A DNA stretch of 64,000 nucleotides. Origin: Asterias rubens. Taxonomy: Eukaryota. Location of the stretch: positions 9,486,001 through 9,550,000 of the forward strand of contig NC_047075.1 of the NCBI RefSeq assembly GCF_902459465.1. Reading direction: 5' to 3'. Positions 10,738 through 23,871 of this stretch are shown here, in pieces; positions within the stretch are counted from its first letter, which is position 1; each line of letters opens with the position of its first letter. A model generated the notes under the pieces. The model was not told where the DNA came from, did no database searches, and saw only the letters and a list, made by a program, of their open reading frames with translations. The translations under genes were made by a program, and so were the position numbers.

Positions 10738-12620
10738 GAATGTATGATACAAATCAAAATGACAAGGGTAATTTGATCCATGGCTATCCCACAACTCATT
10801 CAACAGTTTGCGCTTGCGCAAATGGTATGCGAAAAGTATGGCTTTAGCCGTGGTGTCACTGGTGCCCTCTGCGCTTTACGCGTGTTACCAAGGAACAGGC
10901 TACCAGGACCACGGAATGAACAATGGTCTTGGCATGGGTCCAACGGTCCAATGGTCAACCAGCCTGGGATCGAATAAAAATAGTCCACCTTTTATAAGTA
11001 GGATTTGAAACACGATATGGAAATAAAGTTGATACACGATATGGAAATAAGGTTTACGGTAACACCATGCAATGAATATCTCTAAATGAGTTGGGTTCTG
11101 AAAAAAAAACACGTTCGTTTCAAGTCGACGTTTGTATTTGCACACATTTATTTCATTGCTGCCCTACATTTAAACTTACACATTTTACAAAGTTTTATAA
11201 ATATATTCAAATTATGAGTAGTTTACAGTATTACTTAGTATCTTAGGATATGAAAGTTTACAATGATTTAGATAGTTATATATTAGGAAGCTTTTAAAGT
11301 AGGACAACAATTAGGTTAGGGTGAAGCAGAGGCTTTTGTGCCTTAACCTATGGACAGACAAACAACATAAAATACTATACGAAAGAAAGAAAACACAAGA
11401 CAGACTAGACAAACAGAAATACACGACAGAGGCTAATATTTGATGGTGAGTAAGTTAACAATATACTTAAATAAACCTATGAATAAGCATCAAGAAGTTT
11501 TTTTTTGTTTTTTTTCTTGTGAATGCAGGAAGAGTGATTGAAGATTTAATTGAGTTAACTCAAATTATTCCAAGACATAACGCCACGTTTCGATCAGTAT
11601 GCTCCAAACATAGTGCACGCTCAAACTTGCTCTAATTTGTTGCAACACACAAAGCATCGTCCCTTGACGTCAACGTATTATCAAATTAACGTGCGTCATC
11701 AGCGGCAGAAGTGTTTCTAGTTTTTTTGTTTGGCTGTTTTTCTCTCTCGATAACTACAAGCAGTTTCCAAAAGTATAAATAATATCAAAATTACATGAAA
11801 AAAAAAAAGAAAAAAAAATCATAAACAAGTTTGGGGGCTGTCAGGTTAAACATCGCTCATGTAACTTAATTATAGCTGTCTTGAATATATACATATAAAA
11901 ATAGTTCTTTAAAAATTATTTTAAATCAAACTTTTTGAATCGGTAAAAGTAAGACTTTCCGAGGTAATATAGCTTGTCTATGTTTATGAATCAATAATAT
12001 GTTTATAATACTTCAATCTTTTCATCGTGTTAATTTTTTGTATTTAAGATTATTATAATCATTCAACAACTTAATATATATATTTTTCGAATTCTATAAT
12101 TGCATCAATAAATCTGTGATTAATAATTCGCTTTAAAAATGTAATTTTATTTGAATTGTTTTATTAAAGGGACACATTGCCTTGGATCGGTTAAGTTGGT
12201 CTATGGAAAGGTTTTGAAACCAATTGTTATAACATGGATATGATTAGAAAGTTGTTTTAAAAGCATAATATAATGATCCACACAAATATGCCTCGAAATT
12301 GCATGGTTTTCTTTTTACGTCTTTTAAAACCAGGACTTGAATGCGGCCGGTCAGAAACACAGAGTTTGAGTCCAGTGGTCTTCATGGCTCGGCTAAGACA
12401 ACTCACAATATTTAAATCTGCATATTTGCGTCTGTTTCATTGTGTCTCATAGAGTGATAATTCTACTAGTTATATTTTACATTTTTACATACATTTTGTT
12501 CAATAGATTTTTTGTAATTATAAGTGTATGTACATTTTTGCAAAATGAAAATAATTATATAATAATATGTTTAAAACTTCAAAATTTCACAATTTAAAAC
12601 ATGATACCTTGGCTATTTAA

Positions 12621-12994
12621 AGACAGTGGGTACTATTGGTAACTGTCAAAGACCAGTCTTTTCACTTGGTGTATATCAACATTATTCCTTAAATAAGAAA
12701 CATGTAAAAATTTGAGCGCGGTTGCTCGTTGGAGTTGCGAGATGAAAGAAAAAAACACCCATGTCACACGAAGCTGTGTGCTTTTAGATGGTTGATTTCG
12801 AGCCCTCAAATTCTAAACTTCAGGTCTCGAAATCAAATTCGTGGAAAATTACCTCTCTCGTGAAGACTACGTCACTTCAGAGGGAGCTGTTTCTCACATT
12901 GTTTTATACTATCAACCTCTCACCAGTACTCGTTACCAAGTGAGGTTTTATGCCGATAATTATTTTGACTATGTACCAATAGTGTCCACTGCCT
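12621..12994. mobile_element. TTAA-flanked MITE (Kolobok/piggyBac-type termini)
   Basis: TTAA on both sides; TIR AG(A/G)CAGTGG..ACTATTGGTAA. The family has many copies in the window. Confidence 0.75.
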
Positions 12995-13893
12995 TTAAGT
13001 TAAATGACCCAAGTTATTCAATGAGGCACACCCAGTTTTGTAGCCAAAGTAAATACGGAGCTTTTTGGTAATACTAAAAAACAATATTCAATTCTAATTT
13101 CCAAATTACAAACTGCATATTATTGATGAGAATTATTGAAACAAATGTTATGTATAAGATGAGATTTGCACACTCTAAGCTAAAGTAACTTGTTTACCAG
13201 TGTTGTAGGTCTGGAGACCAGTTTTGCCAGTCTCAGGTCTCAGTACCCTGTGGTCTCTGAGTTTTTGTGGTCAAACCCAAAAATTCTTTTTCCGTATTTT
13301 TTGTTTAAATTTGTTTTTTTTTCCGCAAGTCGCCTAACACACAAGGCCTGCAGGCCACTTCAAGGTGTGGGCTACAATCAATTTTTTTTTCAAGGGGCCT
13401 TTGCCACTACTCCTGGGGCTGAGACAGGGTTATACCCCCTTTAAAGTCAAAACCCTTTTGATCTCTGGCTGTGCTCCGGTTCTATGGGTTGATGTGGCTG
13501 GCTGCCTAAGGCGCCCTTGCATGCCCGCTTCTCGAAACATGTTGTAGCCGCGTCCATTGTGATTAAGCTCTGAACTGTGAGTAAGGATGATTAGCCTCCC
13601 AAATTATTATTACAGTCTTTATCTTTAAGTTCGCGCTAATCCTCCAATCAGATTTGCAGAATGGACTGGTGATATAAACCGAAGTTGCATGACTAATATC
13701 ACTACCTCTATCTTGTTGGTTCTATGTCACACGCCAAGTTTGCTTGAAGACAAATATGTTATCACACACGCGCTCGTGGAAAAACGGAAAAATGTAGCAC
13801 GTCTGCATCCCATACCAAAACGCAGAAACGCTATATTTTTCGGTATTCCAATCGCGCTTGTGTGATAACTTAAAATATACGGATAACGGCTCT

Positions 13894-16800
13894 TTACCCA
13901 TCAAACGTGTCTGGATTTGGAGATTTGTAATCTGCCGGTGTGTACATGACGTCAGTTCTGATTGCGTACTTCTTTCCTTTCTTCAGTAACGACCCTTCAT
14001 GGTAGATACGATGCTCAAAGATAAGAACACGCCCTGAAATGAATCAATATTTAATTTTTATAAAATGAAAACATAATGGTATTTATAATACTACTTAAAG
14101 GCACTGGACACCGGTGGTAATTACTCAAAAAAATTGTTAGCGTAAAAACTTACTTGGTAATGAGCAATGGAGAGCTGTTAATAGTATAGAAATATTGAGT
14201 GGCTCAGAGTAGAATGGAACAGTCCAAATACCGAGCGATAATATTCCTTCCATTCCATGAATTAAAGCCACTCAATATTTGTTTTATATAACTGACATAA
14301 TATCCTTGTCATTTGATGTATTTTAAATCATAACATTATGAAAAATCACACAAATTACTGACAACCAAAAATCATATAGCGCCGCGGTAGTGGCAACAAT
14401 GCACAAATCGGATCACAACCTTTTGCACAGGTGCTCATTTGTTTTAGCAGCGGCGCGGCGGCGCTGTACTGCTCAAAAACATTGGGAACAAGGATGATCC
14501 TAACTGTTGAATGGGAAATGCTATTCCCCATGGGCGAATAGGTCTTTTTGATCACCGGTGCAGATTGGAGTAATAGTGAATGTCACGTGAAGTAAGTTCA
14601 ACCAATCAAATGACAAAGATCTGATTCTGTATGTCAGTTATATAATATAAAACATTGTGAGAAAAGACTCCCTGTGAAGTAGCGTAGTTTTTTAAAAAGA
14701 AGAAACTTCTCACTAAAAATTTGAAATTGAATTCAAGACCTCAGCTCATCTCTCGAATTCAAGCAACTTAAAACACACAACTTTTGTGATAGGAGTGTTT
14801 TTTTCTTACGTTATTCTCTCGCAACTTCGACGACCAATTGAGTCCAAATATTTTCACAAGTTTGTTATTTGTGCATAGTATATATGTTGAGATACACCAA
14901 GTGACATTTACCAATAGTGTCCAGTGCCTGTGAAGGGTCTGTTTACATTTGGACATGACCCTTGTAGTGTATTTCGCGTGGGATGGTAGACACACACTGC
15001 GCAAAGGAGCTGCCATACTGGAAAAACGTTTTATTAACTATACCTGGGAATGCAGGTCATGGTGTGACCTTTGACATGAGCTGTATGCAAAGTAGACAGT
15101 ACTTAATATTTATGAGCTGGGTGTAACCAAGTGGGCCAAAGCAAATATATCACAACCCTGAAAACTGATGGCAATGCAATGTACTTTGTAAGAAGCCTGT
15201 TTTGTACAGGATTCATTTTAAAATCCCGTTGTTGACATTTAAAGCTCTTCATGGTCTTTCTCCAAAGTACATACAGGATCTTGTTTCCATCCGGAAAGTA
15301 TCTTCTTATAAACTTAGGTCAGGGAATAATGGTATTTTCTTGGAGTATCCTTCTGGTAAAATGATGACTACATTTGGTGATAGGGCTTTTTCTGTGGCAA
15401 CATGTCCCTTTAATAGTCGCAAGAAGCAACACTAGTTGCCCCAGTCGCCCAGGCCTACAGTTTGTATTTTACATGTTTTTAAACCTATGGAATGAACTCA
15501 CCTGTTTTGGGAACGCACTCGACTCTCTCAAATTCATCCATGGAGAGAAACGTTGTACTGCCTCCTTGAAAACCCTGTCAATAAAAATACGTCACGTTTA
15601 AAGTCACTGGTCACTATTGGCAATTACTCAAATTAATTGTCAGTATATTAACTTACTTGGTAACAAACAATTGAGAGCTGTTGATAGTAAAAAACATTGT
15701 GAGAAACGGGTCCCTCTGTAGTAACGTAGTTTTTGAGAAAGAAGTAATTTCTCACTAAAATATTTCAATTGAATTCTATACATCAGGCATCTAATTAGTG
15801 CCGGGCGAAAAATGAAATTTTGTTATTCGGATATCGCTGGCCAACTATCCGAAATAACCGCTTTTTTGCCGCTAGAGGGCGCTGTTCGTTTGTGAATGAG
15901 ATCTTATGGGCGGATCGGTATTAGTTTTAGACAGTGTCACTCGGTTCATTCATAAAAATGACCGGATCTAATTTAAAGATGGCGATTTGCTTTTTCTTTT
16001 GATCGTGATTGACTCTACGTGAAGGAAAACTTTTGTAATCTTTGAACAAATTACGTGAGAAATGTCATTGTTTTAACTCTTCACGGAGGTGAGCATAGTT
16101 AAATACTTAATTTATGCTGTTTTATGCTGTCTTAATAGAAGTTTCATAAGGATTCAGACAAAACATTCATATCAGTTGTCGCCCGACGTCCGCGGATCTT
16201 CGAATATTAAAGAATATCCGGTTACTCGGTTTTACAGAATTATCCGGTTTGTAAATAGGTATTCGCGCCCTATGCGGATATCCGGTTAAGAAAAAAAAGG
16301 CATTCGCGGTTACGGATAGGAAAACCTATTCGCCATTAACCGGATATTCGAATAATTCGCCAAAGGCCTACATCTAATAGCACACACTTGTGGAATCAGG
16401 TTTTTTTTCTTCATTATCTTCTCGCAATTTCAACGACCAATTGAGTTAAAATTTTCACAGGTTTGTCATTTTATGCATTTATTAGGATACACCAACTGAG
16501 GTGATTGGTCTTTGACAATTACCACAAGTGTTCAGCTCCTTAAGTATATATTATAAAAAGCTCTAATGTATAAAACAAGACCCTGATTCGACAATCGACT
16601 CATTTTGCTTCATAAATAAATGAACACCGGCTTAAAGGAACACGTTATCTTTGATCAAAGTTGGTTACGGTAAAGCGTTTGAAACCGTTTGTTATGAAAT
16701 GCCAATGGGTAGTTAGGTAATTTTAGAAAGTAGAAAATAATGAGCCACACAAACATGCCTCGAAATTGCACGATTTTCCGTTTAAGACGCGAAAGAACAT

Positions 16801-19688
16801 GGTCGGCCATTTTGTGGAGTCAAAATTTGACTCCATAAATTGGCCTCATAAATTTGCCCGCGTGTTAGTTCGCAACGTAAAAAGAAAATCGTGCAATTTA
16901 GAGTAACACTTGTGTGGATCGTTATATTCCACTTTTAAAATATCTTTCTAACCATAATGTATTTCATAACAAACGGGTTCAAATGCTTTTCAAAGACCAA
17001 CTCGACCGATCCAAGGCAACATGTTCCTTTAATGTGAAACAAGCTGCATTACATTACCTCATTCAGATAGATTTGTACGGTGATGAGAGAAGCTTCACCG
17101 TTGTCTCGTTGATAAATGCCGTCATGATGCGGCTTAAAGTATTCTCCAGGGACATAGCGGAGAAATCGGAGTCTGCGAAATAAACACACAAAGTGATGAA
17201 GCTGAGTATGACAAAGTTTAAAAGCACTGTACACTATTGGTAATTACTCAAAACAATTGTTAGTATAAAAACTTCTTTGGTAACAAGCAATGGAGAGTTA
17301 ATGATAGTATAAAAGCTTGTAAGAAACAAGCACCCTCTGAAGTAATGTAGTTTTTGAGAAGGAGGTAATTTCTCACTCGAATAATAACAGATTTCAGCTT
17401 AAGCCTTTTATTAGGCATCTGAAAGCACACAAAAGTAGCTAAGCACAATAAAATGTTGCTTAACAGGAATAAGGTTACCAGCCAAACTAACATGTCACAT
17501 GTACAATTTTTGACTGGTAACCTGCTCATTATGCGTAGCAGAAAATTGTTTACCAATATTTTCTGCCTTTAAAGACAGTGTACACTATTGGTAATTGTCA
17601 AAGACTAGCCTTCACAGTTGGTGTATCTCAACATGCATAAAATAACACCCTATGAAAATTTGAGCTCAATCGGTCATCGAACTTGCGAGATCATAATGAA
17701 AGAAAAAAACACCCTTGTCACACGAAGTTGTGTGCGTTTAGATGGTTGATTTCGAGACCTCAAGTTCTAAATCTGAGGTCTCGAAATCAAATTCGTGGAA
17801 AATTACTTCTTTTCTCAAAAACTATGTCACTTCAGAGGGAGCCGTTTCCCACAATGTTTTATACACTCGACCTCTCCCCATCACTCGTCACCAAGAAAGG
17901 TTTTATGCTAACAATTATTTTGAGTAATTACCAATAGTGTCCACTGCCTTTAAGCATCTCTATGAAATTGGGCCCAAATCTTGAGCCCTACACCACTGAT
18001 AAGCCCAGTTCATACTTCCTGCGAATGCGAAGCCAGTTTTGGTGACGCAACAATCAGTATGCACTCCCTTTCCACACGAAGGATTCACAGTAAGTATGAA
18101 CCAGGCTAAATAGTAGTCTTTCCATACCACACATGTCTATGGTACTCAGTGCTTGAACAAACAGGAACCTTAGACAGAATGTAGCAGGTTCTTTTACATG
18201 CATTACACAACACACAGGACCAACAGCTTTATGTCCCATCCTAGGGGCGCAGCAATAATGGCTAAGTGTCTGGCTCAGGGACACAAGTGTCAAGAACGGG
18301 ACTCGAACCCACACTCTGATGCTGAACAGAAACACAAGAGCATCTATTTGCTCGGCTACGCGCCAGGCCATCCTTTCAGTGTAGAGTCAGTACTGCTCAA
18401 ACAGCAACACTACACAGCAAAGTTGATATGGACACAACTGACTGTGCAATGCCTCAAACCCCATAACCCAAGAAAGAGTTCAACTTAAGTGTTTTATGTT
18501 CTTCATTTTGTTACTAACCTTTCGTTCAACATGTTCAAAGCTAATTTCGTGTTGCCGAATTTCCCCATGGTCTGTGGAATCATCTCCGTAAACGCTATTT
18601 GTTTGCATTCCACTAGCGCGCGTGTGATAACGTAGATTATCTTCAAGCAAACTCGGCGCATGACATAACACACAAGGCGCAGGTAGTGATATGGGCAGTC
18701 AATATAGGTTTATATCCAACTTTTTGTTAATAACCTTTCGTTCAATGCTATTTTCGTGCTGCCGAATTTCCCCATGGTCTGCGGAATGAACTCTGTAATC
18801 CTTTCCCAGAATGCATGAGCTATCTCTTCAGAATCAATAATACACCGGAAGTTGTTGCGAACATTAGGCATCAGCTTCTGCCTAAAAAGGTAATAAATAA
18901 ACAAACAAAGAAAATAAATGATACAAACTGTTCTAGCAATGCAAAGGTCGAGGGTTCAAATCCCCCTCGAGTGATTTGCCTTGGGTTGTCTTTTTCACCG
19001 GCTCGAAAAGAACTGATTGTGCTCAATACACTGGTGTATTAAGGATACAACAAAATTATATTCTTTATCCCATTGCAAAACTAACCTCTTTTACTATTCT
19101 TTGATACTACATTTTGTAAACAAGGTGATTTAGCTAATAGACCTAGTAAGAAAATCCTGTGTTGTAATGTTGAATTTTATTTTAAATGATTTTCATCAAA
19201 TAAGCAATTTGAAATTTGCAAAGTAAGGTAGATTTGAATAATGTTTGGTAAAATGACTTGCTTAGTCACAAGTTACCGCCTAAAATTTGAAATAGTTTTC
19301 CAAGTTTTTGAGTTGAACACAGCAAAAGTCTGAACTTGATAACTTAGACTGGACCATTCCACATGCCAAAGAGGGGAGTCAGGTCCCACATCTTGGCGTA
19401 TTTCTTTTAAGGGGGGCTGAAAAATATCTGCACTCATATCGGGAGTAAATGGTCAAAAACATACTATCCAAATTACATTTTGAAAAAACCAAAAAACCAA
19501 AAACACAAGTCTGGGAACTGATCCCCTCTTAGGTATGGAATTGTCCAGTTTAGGATATCAATGAACGACTCCCTCAGGGGAGGGGTTAAATAAAGATCAA
19601 GGTTGAACTCTCACCTTCCCATACCAATATTGACAAGGGCTTGCTCGTACCCTCGTTCCTCAGACACGCGGATAAGCTCATCACATTC
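13894..19688 (-). CDS. 2OG-Fe(II) oxygenase, prolyl-4-hydroxylase-like (P4Hc / 2OG-FeII_Oxy_3 type), 5'-incomplete
   Basis: Five GT-AG exons with compatible phases (19615-19688, 18735-18881, 17058-17172, 15502-15574, 13894-14033) give 182 aa: ECDELIRVSEERGYEQALVNIGMGRQ...RLRFLRYVPGEYFKPHHDG...QIYLNEGFQGGSTTF...VPKTGRVLIFEHRIYHEG...KYAIRTDVMY. HxD, distal His and RTD are intact. Confidence 0.88.
14189..14645. mobile_element. Second two-cassette (Crypton-like) element, reverse orientation, nested in a TTAA MITE
   Basis: IR aatattgagtggct/agccactcaatatt, linker tatttgttttatataa (14276-14291), IR tatataactgacata/tatgtcagttatata; interrupts the host MITE at tagtata|aaacattg. Confidence 0.65.
15796..16370. 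mobile_element. hAT-type MITE
   Basis: Exact 8-bp TSD CATCTAAT (15788-15795, 16371-16378); imperfect TIR tagtgccgggcgaa / ttcgccaaaggccta; nested in a TTAA MITE. Confidence 0.85.
17573..17949. mobile_element. TTAA-flanked MITE, same family
   Basis: 24-bp TIR AGACAGTGTACACTATTGGTAATT / AATTACCAATAGTGTCCACTGCCT, TTAA TSD. Confidence 0.8.
18180..18370 (-). mobile_element. tRNA-derived SINE
   Basis: Minus-strand B-box GGTTCGAGTCCC (18298-18309) followed by a gacacttgtgtccctgagc core. Confidence 0.6.
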
Positions 19689-20763
19689 CTGTAGGTTTTC
19701 GGGAGGAAAAATTGAGGCATTGCTTAAAGGGGCACTGTCCACGACCACATGATCACAGCGAGTCTGTGGCAAAACATTTTAAAATTCTGAACTCTCACCC
19801 AAAATCACTCCCACGGATGATGGCAACTTTAAAATATGATGGGATTTGATCCACACAAGGGCAAAGTTCAGAGCTACATGTAAACAGCGCTCACTCTTTA
19901 CAGTGGTCCGTTGGCAGTGTCTTAGCCAGGAATTTGGAAAGTGGGAGTGCAAACTGAAAAAGTGGGAGTGCAACCTAAAATCACTACAAAAAATAGAAAC
20001 GTGTGCGTAGCACACAAAAAGAGCGCACAGCGCCAAGTCTGTCTCACCCCCCCCCCCTTCTTAAGGGCCCTGGAAGCTCTGGATACTGTAGGTGCTCTCT
20101 GGTGGTTTCTGATGCATTTCTGGTACCTATTTCTGTTACAAGTAAACTATTTTGATTTAATTTTTGTTTTGTTTTCAACTCGAAAATGAGAGGCTTTAAA
20201 GCACAGATATTGTAAAGGTGATCGACGTCCACTATACATTATTAAACTCTATAAAATGTTTCTGGGTCAATTTTAGGCCAGTTCAAAGCAGTTACTTGGG
20301 CCATGGAGCTGCGCTTGGACCCTGAAATGATTCAAAAGCGATCAAATAATGCAGTACAAGTTTGCTGTCAACAAAATATTTTTTGGCATGTGTTTATACT
20401 CTTGATACAAATTTTTGCTTGAAGACTAAAGAAAATGGAGAGGTATTGAAGAAATTAAGAGTTATCATTTACTAATGTAAATTTTCTATCCATTCTTGTC
20501 CATTTGATTTCAGAACTGTATGCCTAAGGTCAAGAAGCTGATAATAGTAGTGGTATTTATTTTATTTATCAATTAATTAATGTAAAATAATGATTCACAC
20601 AAGTATTTGCAACCAACCAAAATGCCAAGAGTGATTTACATGTACCATAATTGTTTGCTTATTTTAAACTGACTGACCATGGTAATTAATATTTTCCTTA
20701 GTATTTTTTAAGGTTTCATAACGTTCAAGTCTTATAGGTTGTTTAATTGTTGAATATTATATG

Positions 20764-21534
20764 TTTGAATATTATATGTTTTTGGCACATTTTAATGTAA
20801 TATCATACAGTGTACATGTACATGTACATTCATGTACACATACAATACATGGTAGTATATGTTTGAAGCTTGTGTAACTTATTTTTTCTGGCTAGCAAAA
20901 AGTAACATCAACCCATTGGCATCTGTGGTGTCTGCGTGATACACAAGTACATATTTTGTTTGAGAAATGAGTGTTTGCATGTGATACACATTAGAGAAGT
21001 ATTGTTCTAAAAAAGTAGTGTATGGAAAGTAATACCAGCGTTTAATATGCAAATGAGGTGACCATGTGATTGGAAAGTTTAACCAGCATAAACATAGCAT
21101 GGAGGAAACAAAGGGGACTGGGGTTGGGTTAAAACCAGAGAAGAATATGACAGATAGTTAGTGTCAAGTACTGGCAGATTTAATTTGTATTGTGTGGTTT
21201 GATCCATGTTTCAAGTGAAACTACACACGGTACACTGGGGTATGGTTCCATACTGGGGTATGGTTCCAATATTTTGTGTGTGTTATGGGAGAATTTTGCA
21301 GCACTTTGTGGTACCTGCCTTAAATTATTTATTGCAGTTAAAAACATGCATCATCAACCCATTTCTAAAAACAATAACACAAATAAACTTACTTTTTTGC
21401 TAGCCAGAAAAAAATAAGTTACACAAGCTTCAAACATATTTTACCATGTAGTGTACATGTGTACATGAATGTACATGTACATGTATACTGTATGATATTA
21501 CATTAAAATGTGCCAAAAACATATAATATTCAAA
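20764..21534. repeat. Foldback element, about 145-bp inverted arms
   Basis: 20764-20905 is the reverse complement of 21389-21534 with few mismatches; spacer about 480 bp. Confidence 0.8.
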
Positions 21535-22399
21535 TTGCCACCACACCATGAAGGAGTTGAGTGCCAAAGCTGAAAATTGGTGTATAAGTAGATATAATAT
21601 ATATGTTTAACTGGTATCAATTTCAAAAAACATTTCAATTGATCGCGGGGTCAACCGGGGTCAAGACGGGCGGGGTCTTTTTGACCTTTTTCTGGCTGGA
21701 ACCAACTTTGGGCCCATGCTATTTCTGAATGAATGCATTGGTGAGCTTATAATTGCTTATGGGTAAAGACATGCACCCATAGATAATACCTAGGGAATAT
21801 AGGATTTATTTGACCCCTCATGTGGGCACAGGGTGACCCAAAAAATCACAAAAAACATTTTTGGCTGATTAAAGTGCCTATTTTAGGTGACCATAACTAG
21901 AAAATTAAAGGAGATACATCTAAATTGAGTGCAGATTCATGAAATTTGGCAAGAAGTAAGATGGAATACCAAATTTGAGCTCTCTACCTGGTACAATAAT
22001 TAAATTATGAGCTTTCAAAGTCGGAAATTATAAAAAAAAATCACTTTTCGCGTCCGGCGCGAGCACAAAATGGCCGCCTCGACCAAATTTCAATGGGTCA
22101 TATCTCGCAAACGACATGGAGTATGACTTAGCTTTTTTGTATGTGTTCATTTGAGCCACATTCAATCATTCTGATGAAGTTTCATCAAAATCTGAGGGGG
22201 TCACCTGGGAACTTTTCTGAAAACTGGTTGATTTGACACGGAATGACCCTTTTAAGGACGGAATGAGTTGCCAGACACTGCTCAAGATGGCATGGTTTAT
22301 GTATATGTTGATACACCAAGTGAGAAGACTAGTCTTTGACAATTACCAATAGTGTCCAGTGTATTTCATGGCCTTTAGGTTGAAATGTTTACACTAGTA

Positions 22400-23232
22400 G
22401 TTACCCATCACTTGTTGCTGCTGGTATGGTACCAGGGGTTTCATGGTTGCATCTGCATCTGTGGCCAGGGCTTCATCACAGGGCTGGTTCATGGAGGAAA
22501 GGATTGAGACCACAATATCTGCGGTGGACCCTGGGGTGTCATTATGCAATATTACGACCAGGGTGCAGGTTGATGTTTGTAGGGATGCGGTGGACCTCCA
22601 GCTGACACTGCATTCACTCCATCTGGGCTTTGATGTGGTTAGAACAACTGGTCACAAGCCAAACGCTGTGGGGGTGGTCTCTCTCTGGGGGTACGGTCGG
22701 GCATCTTCAGGCAGACCAGGTGCGACGGCTTCATCGGGAGCAGTTGCAGGGGGCGAGGCTTTGGCGTCTTGCTGGCAAGGCGCCTCCTGTTGGACTGGTT
22801 GACTGGCTTCTTTAGAGACGATGGGCTTGATTGAGAGCATCTTCGACTGGACCAACATCATCCTCAGCTTATCACTGGTTCTGGAGCTTGGTCGATGGAG
22901 ATGAGAGAAAGGGTTCGCCCCGGTGTTTCTGGTCCGATCGGTAGCAAATTGTGCCACAGCACCTTGTAAAGCATTACATGATGCTATAAAGAATTAGGTC
23001 TCATAATTCAAAACGTAGTCCCACATCTGGCAGGAAATACTGTATGTTACAGCGCCAGGAGCGTCACCGGGTGAAGGACGTTATGCGCTATGTAAGAAGC
23101 CACAATTATTATTATTCTCCAATGCTATCAAGGACACATTTGAAACGGGGAATTGGTTGTCGGTCCGTCACAGTCTTGCGGTTTAACTCTCGGTATTCGA
23201 TACACAGACTGAGAGACCCATCCTTTTTTTTA
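22400..23232 (-). mobile_element. Gypsy retrotransposon relic, interrupted by a SINE-like tail
   Basis: About 23128-23232 minus translates KKDGSLSLCIEYRELNRKTVTDRQPIPRFKCVLDSIG (Gypsy RT N-terminus); 22400-22940 is a P/A/S/T-rich frame with one internal TGA, possibly an integrase tail (weaker support). Confidence 0.6.
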
Positions 23233-23265
23233 CCCACACTTATTTTGCTAGTGTTACTGCAGCTG

Positions 23266-23650
23266 CTGAAAATACTGATATAGCTACTGCCATTGCTGCT
23301 GCTTCCATGTTATGTTACTGTTGCAGCAGTTGCTGTTGTTGTTGCTACTACCGTGTTGCTATTTATGCTGTTGCTACTGCTGCTGCTGATGCTGCTGCTG
23401 CCACTCACTGCTGCTACAATATTGTTGCTGCTGCTAGTGTTTGTTATTGCTGCTATTAGTCTACTATTGTTCCTGCTGCTGCTCTTACTTCGATACTAAT
23501 GTTGCCGCTGTGACTGCTGCTGATATTGTTGTTGCTAGCGTTACTGATATTATTATTGCTGCTGCTTCATTGATATGCTACTACTGCTGTCGTTGCTGCT
23601 ACTGTACTTTTAGTTCTGCTGCTGCTGTTGTTGCTGCTACTTCTGCTGCT
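23266..23650. repeat. Degenerate (GCT/ACT/GTT)n microsatellite
   Basis: Trinucleotide low complexity; source of the spurious Leu-rich ORFs. Confidence 0.9.
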
Positions 23651-23801
23651 CAGTACATGCCCTGATTTTAAACTAGTCCAAGGGAGCACATAAACACTCC
23701 ACTGATTTATTTGGTTTACGTGTACAATGATGTCTACTGTTTATGTTACAGCCCAGTGTACCTTTTCGCAAATGAGTTTTCCCTGAGTGAAGTTGGACAG
23801 C

Positions 23802-23871
23802 ATGGACAGAGCCGCGTCTGTTGTTTGCTTTCTTCTAGCGTGGGGTGCTATTGCACATCTCGCTAAATCTG
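23802..23871 (+). CDS. GPCR exon 1, signal peptide
   Basis: MDRAASVVCFLLAWGAIAHLAKS-G|gtaagt, phase 1. Confidence 0.75.

Larger units (their letters stand above)
234..12800 (+). repeat. Segmental duplication copy A
   Basis: Colinear with 57474-64000 apart from insertions at 1021-1536 and 2109-8041 and small indels. Confidence 0.95.

Noticed and set aside
10516-11008. Cluster of overlapping short ORFs on both strands
   Set aside because: They result from a GC-rich hairpin MITE and adjacent repeat sequence.
23293-23665. Leu-rich or Cys-rich membrane-protein-like ORFs
   Set aside because: Trinucleotide low-complexity sequence.
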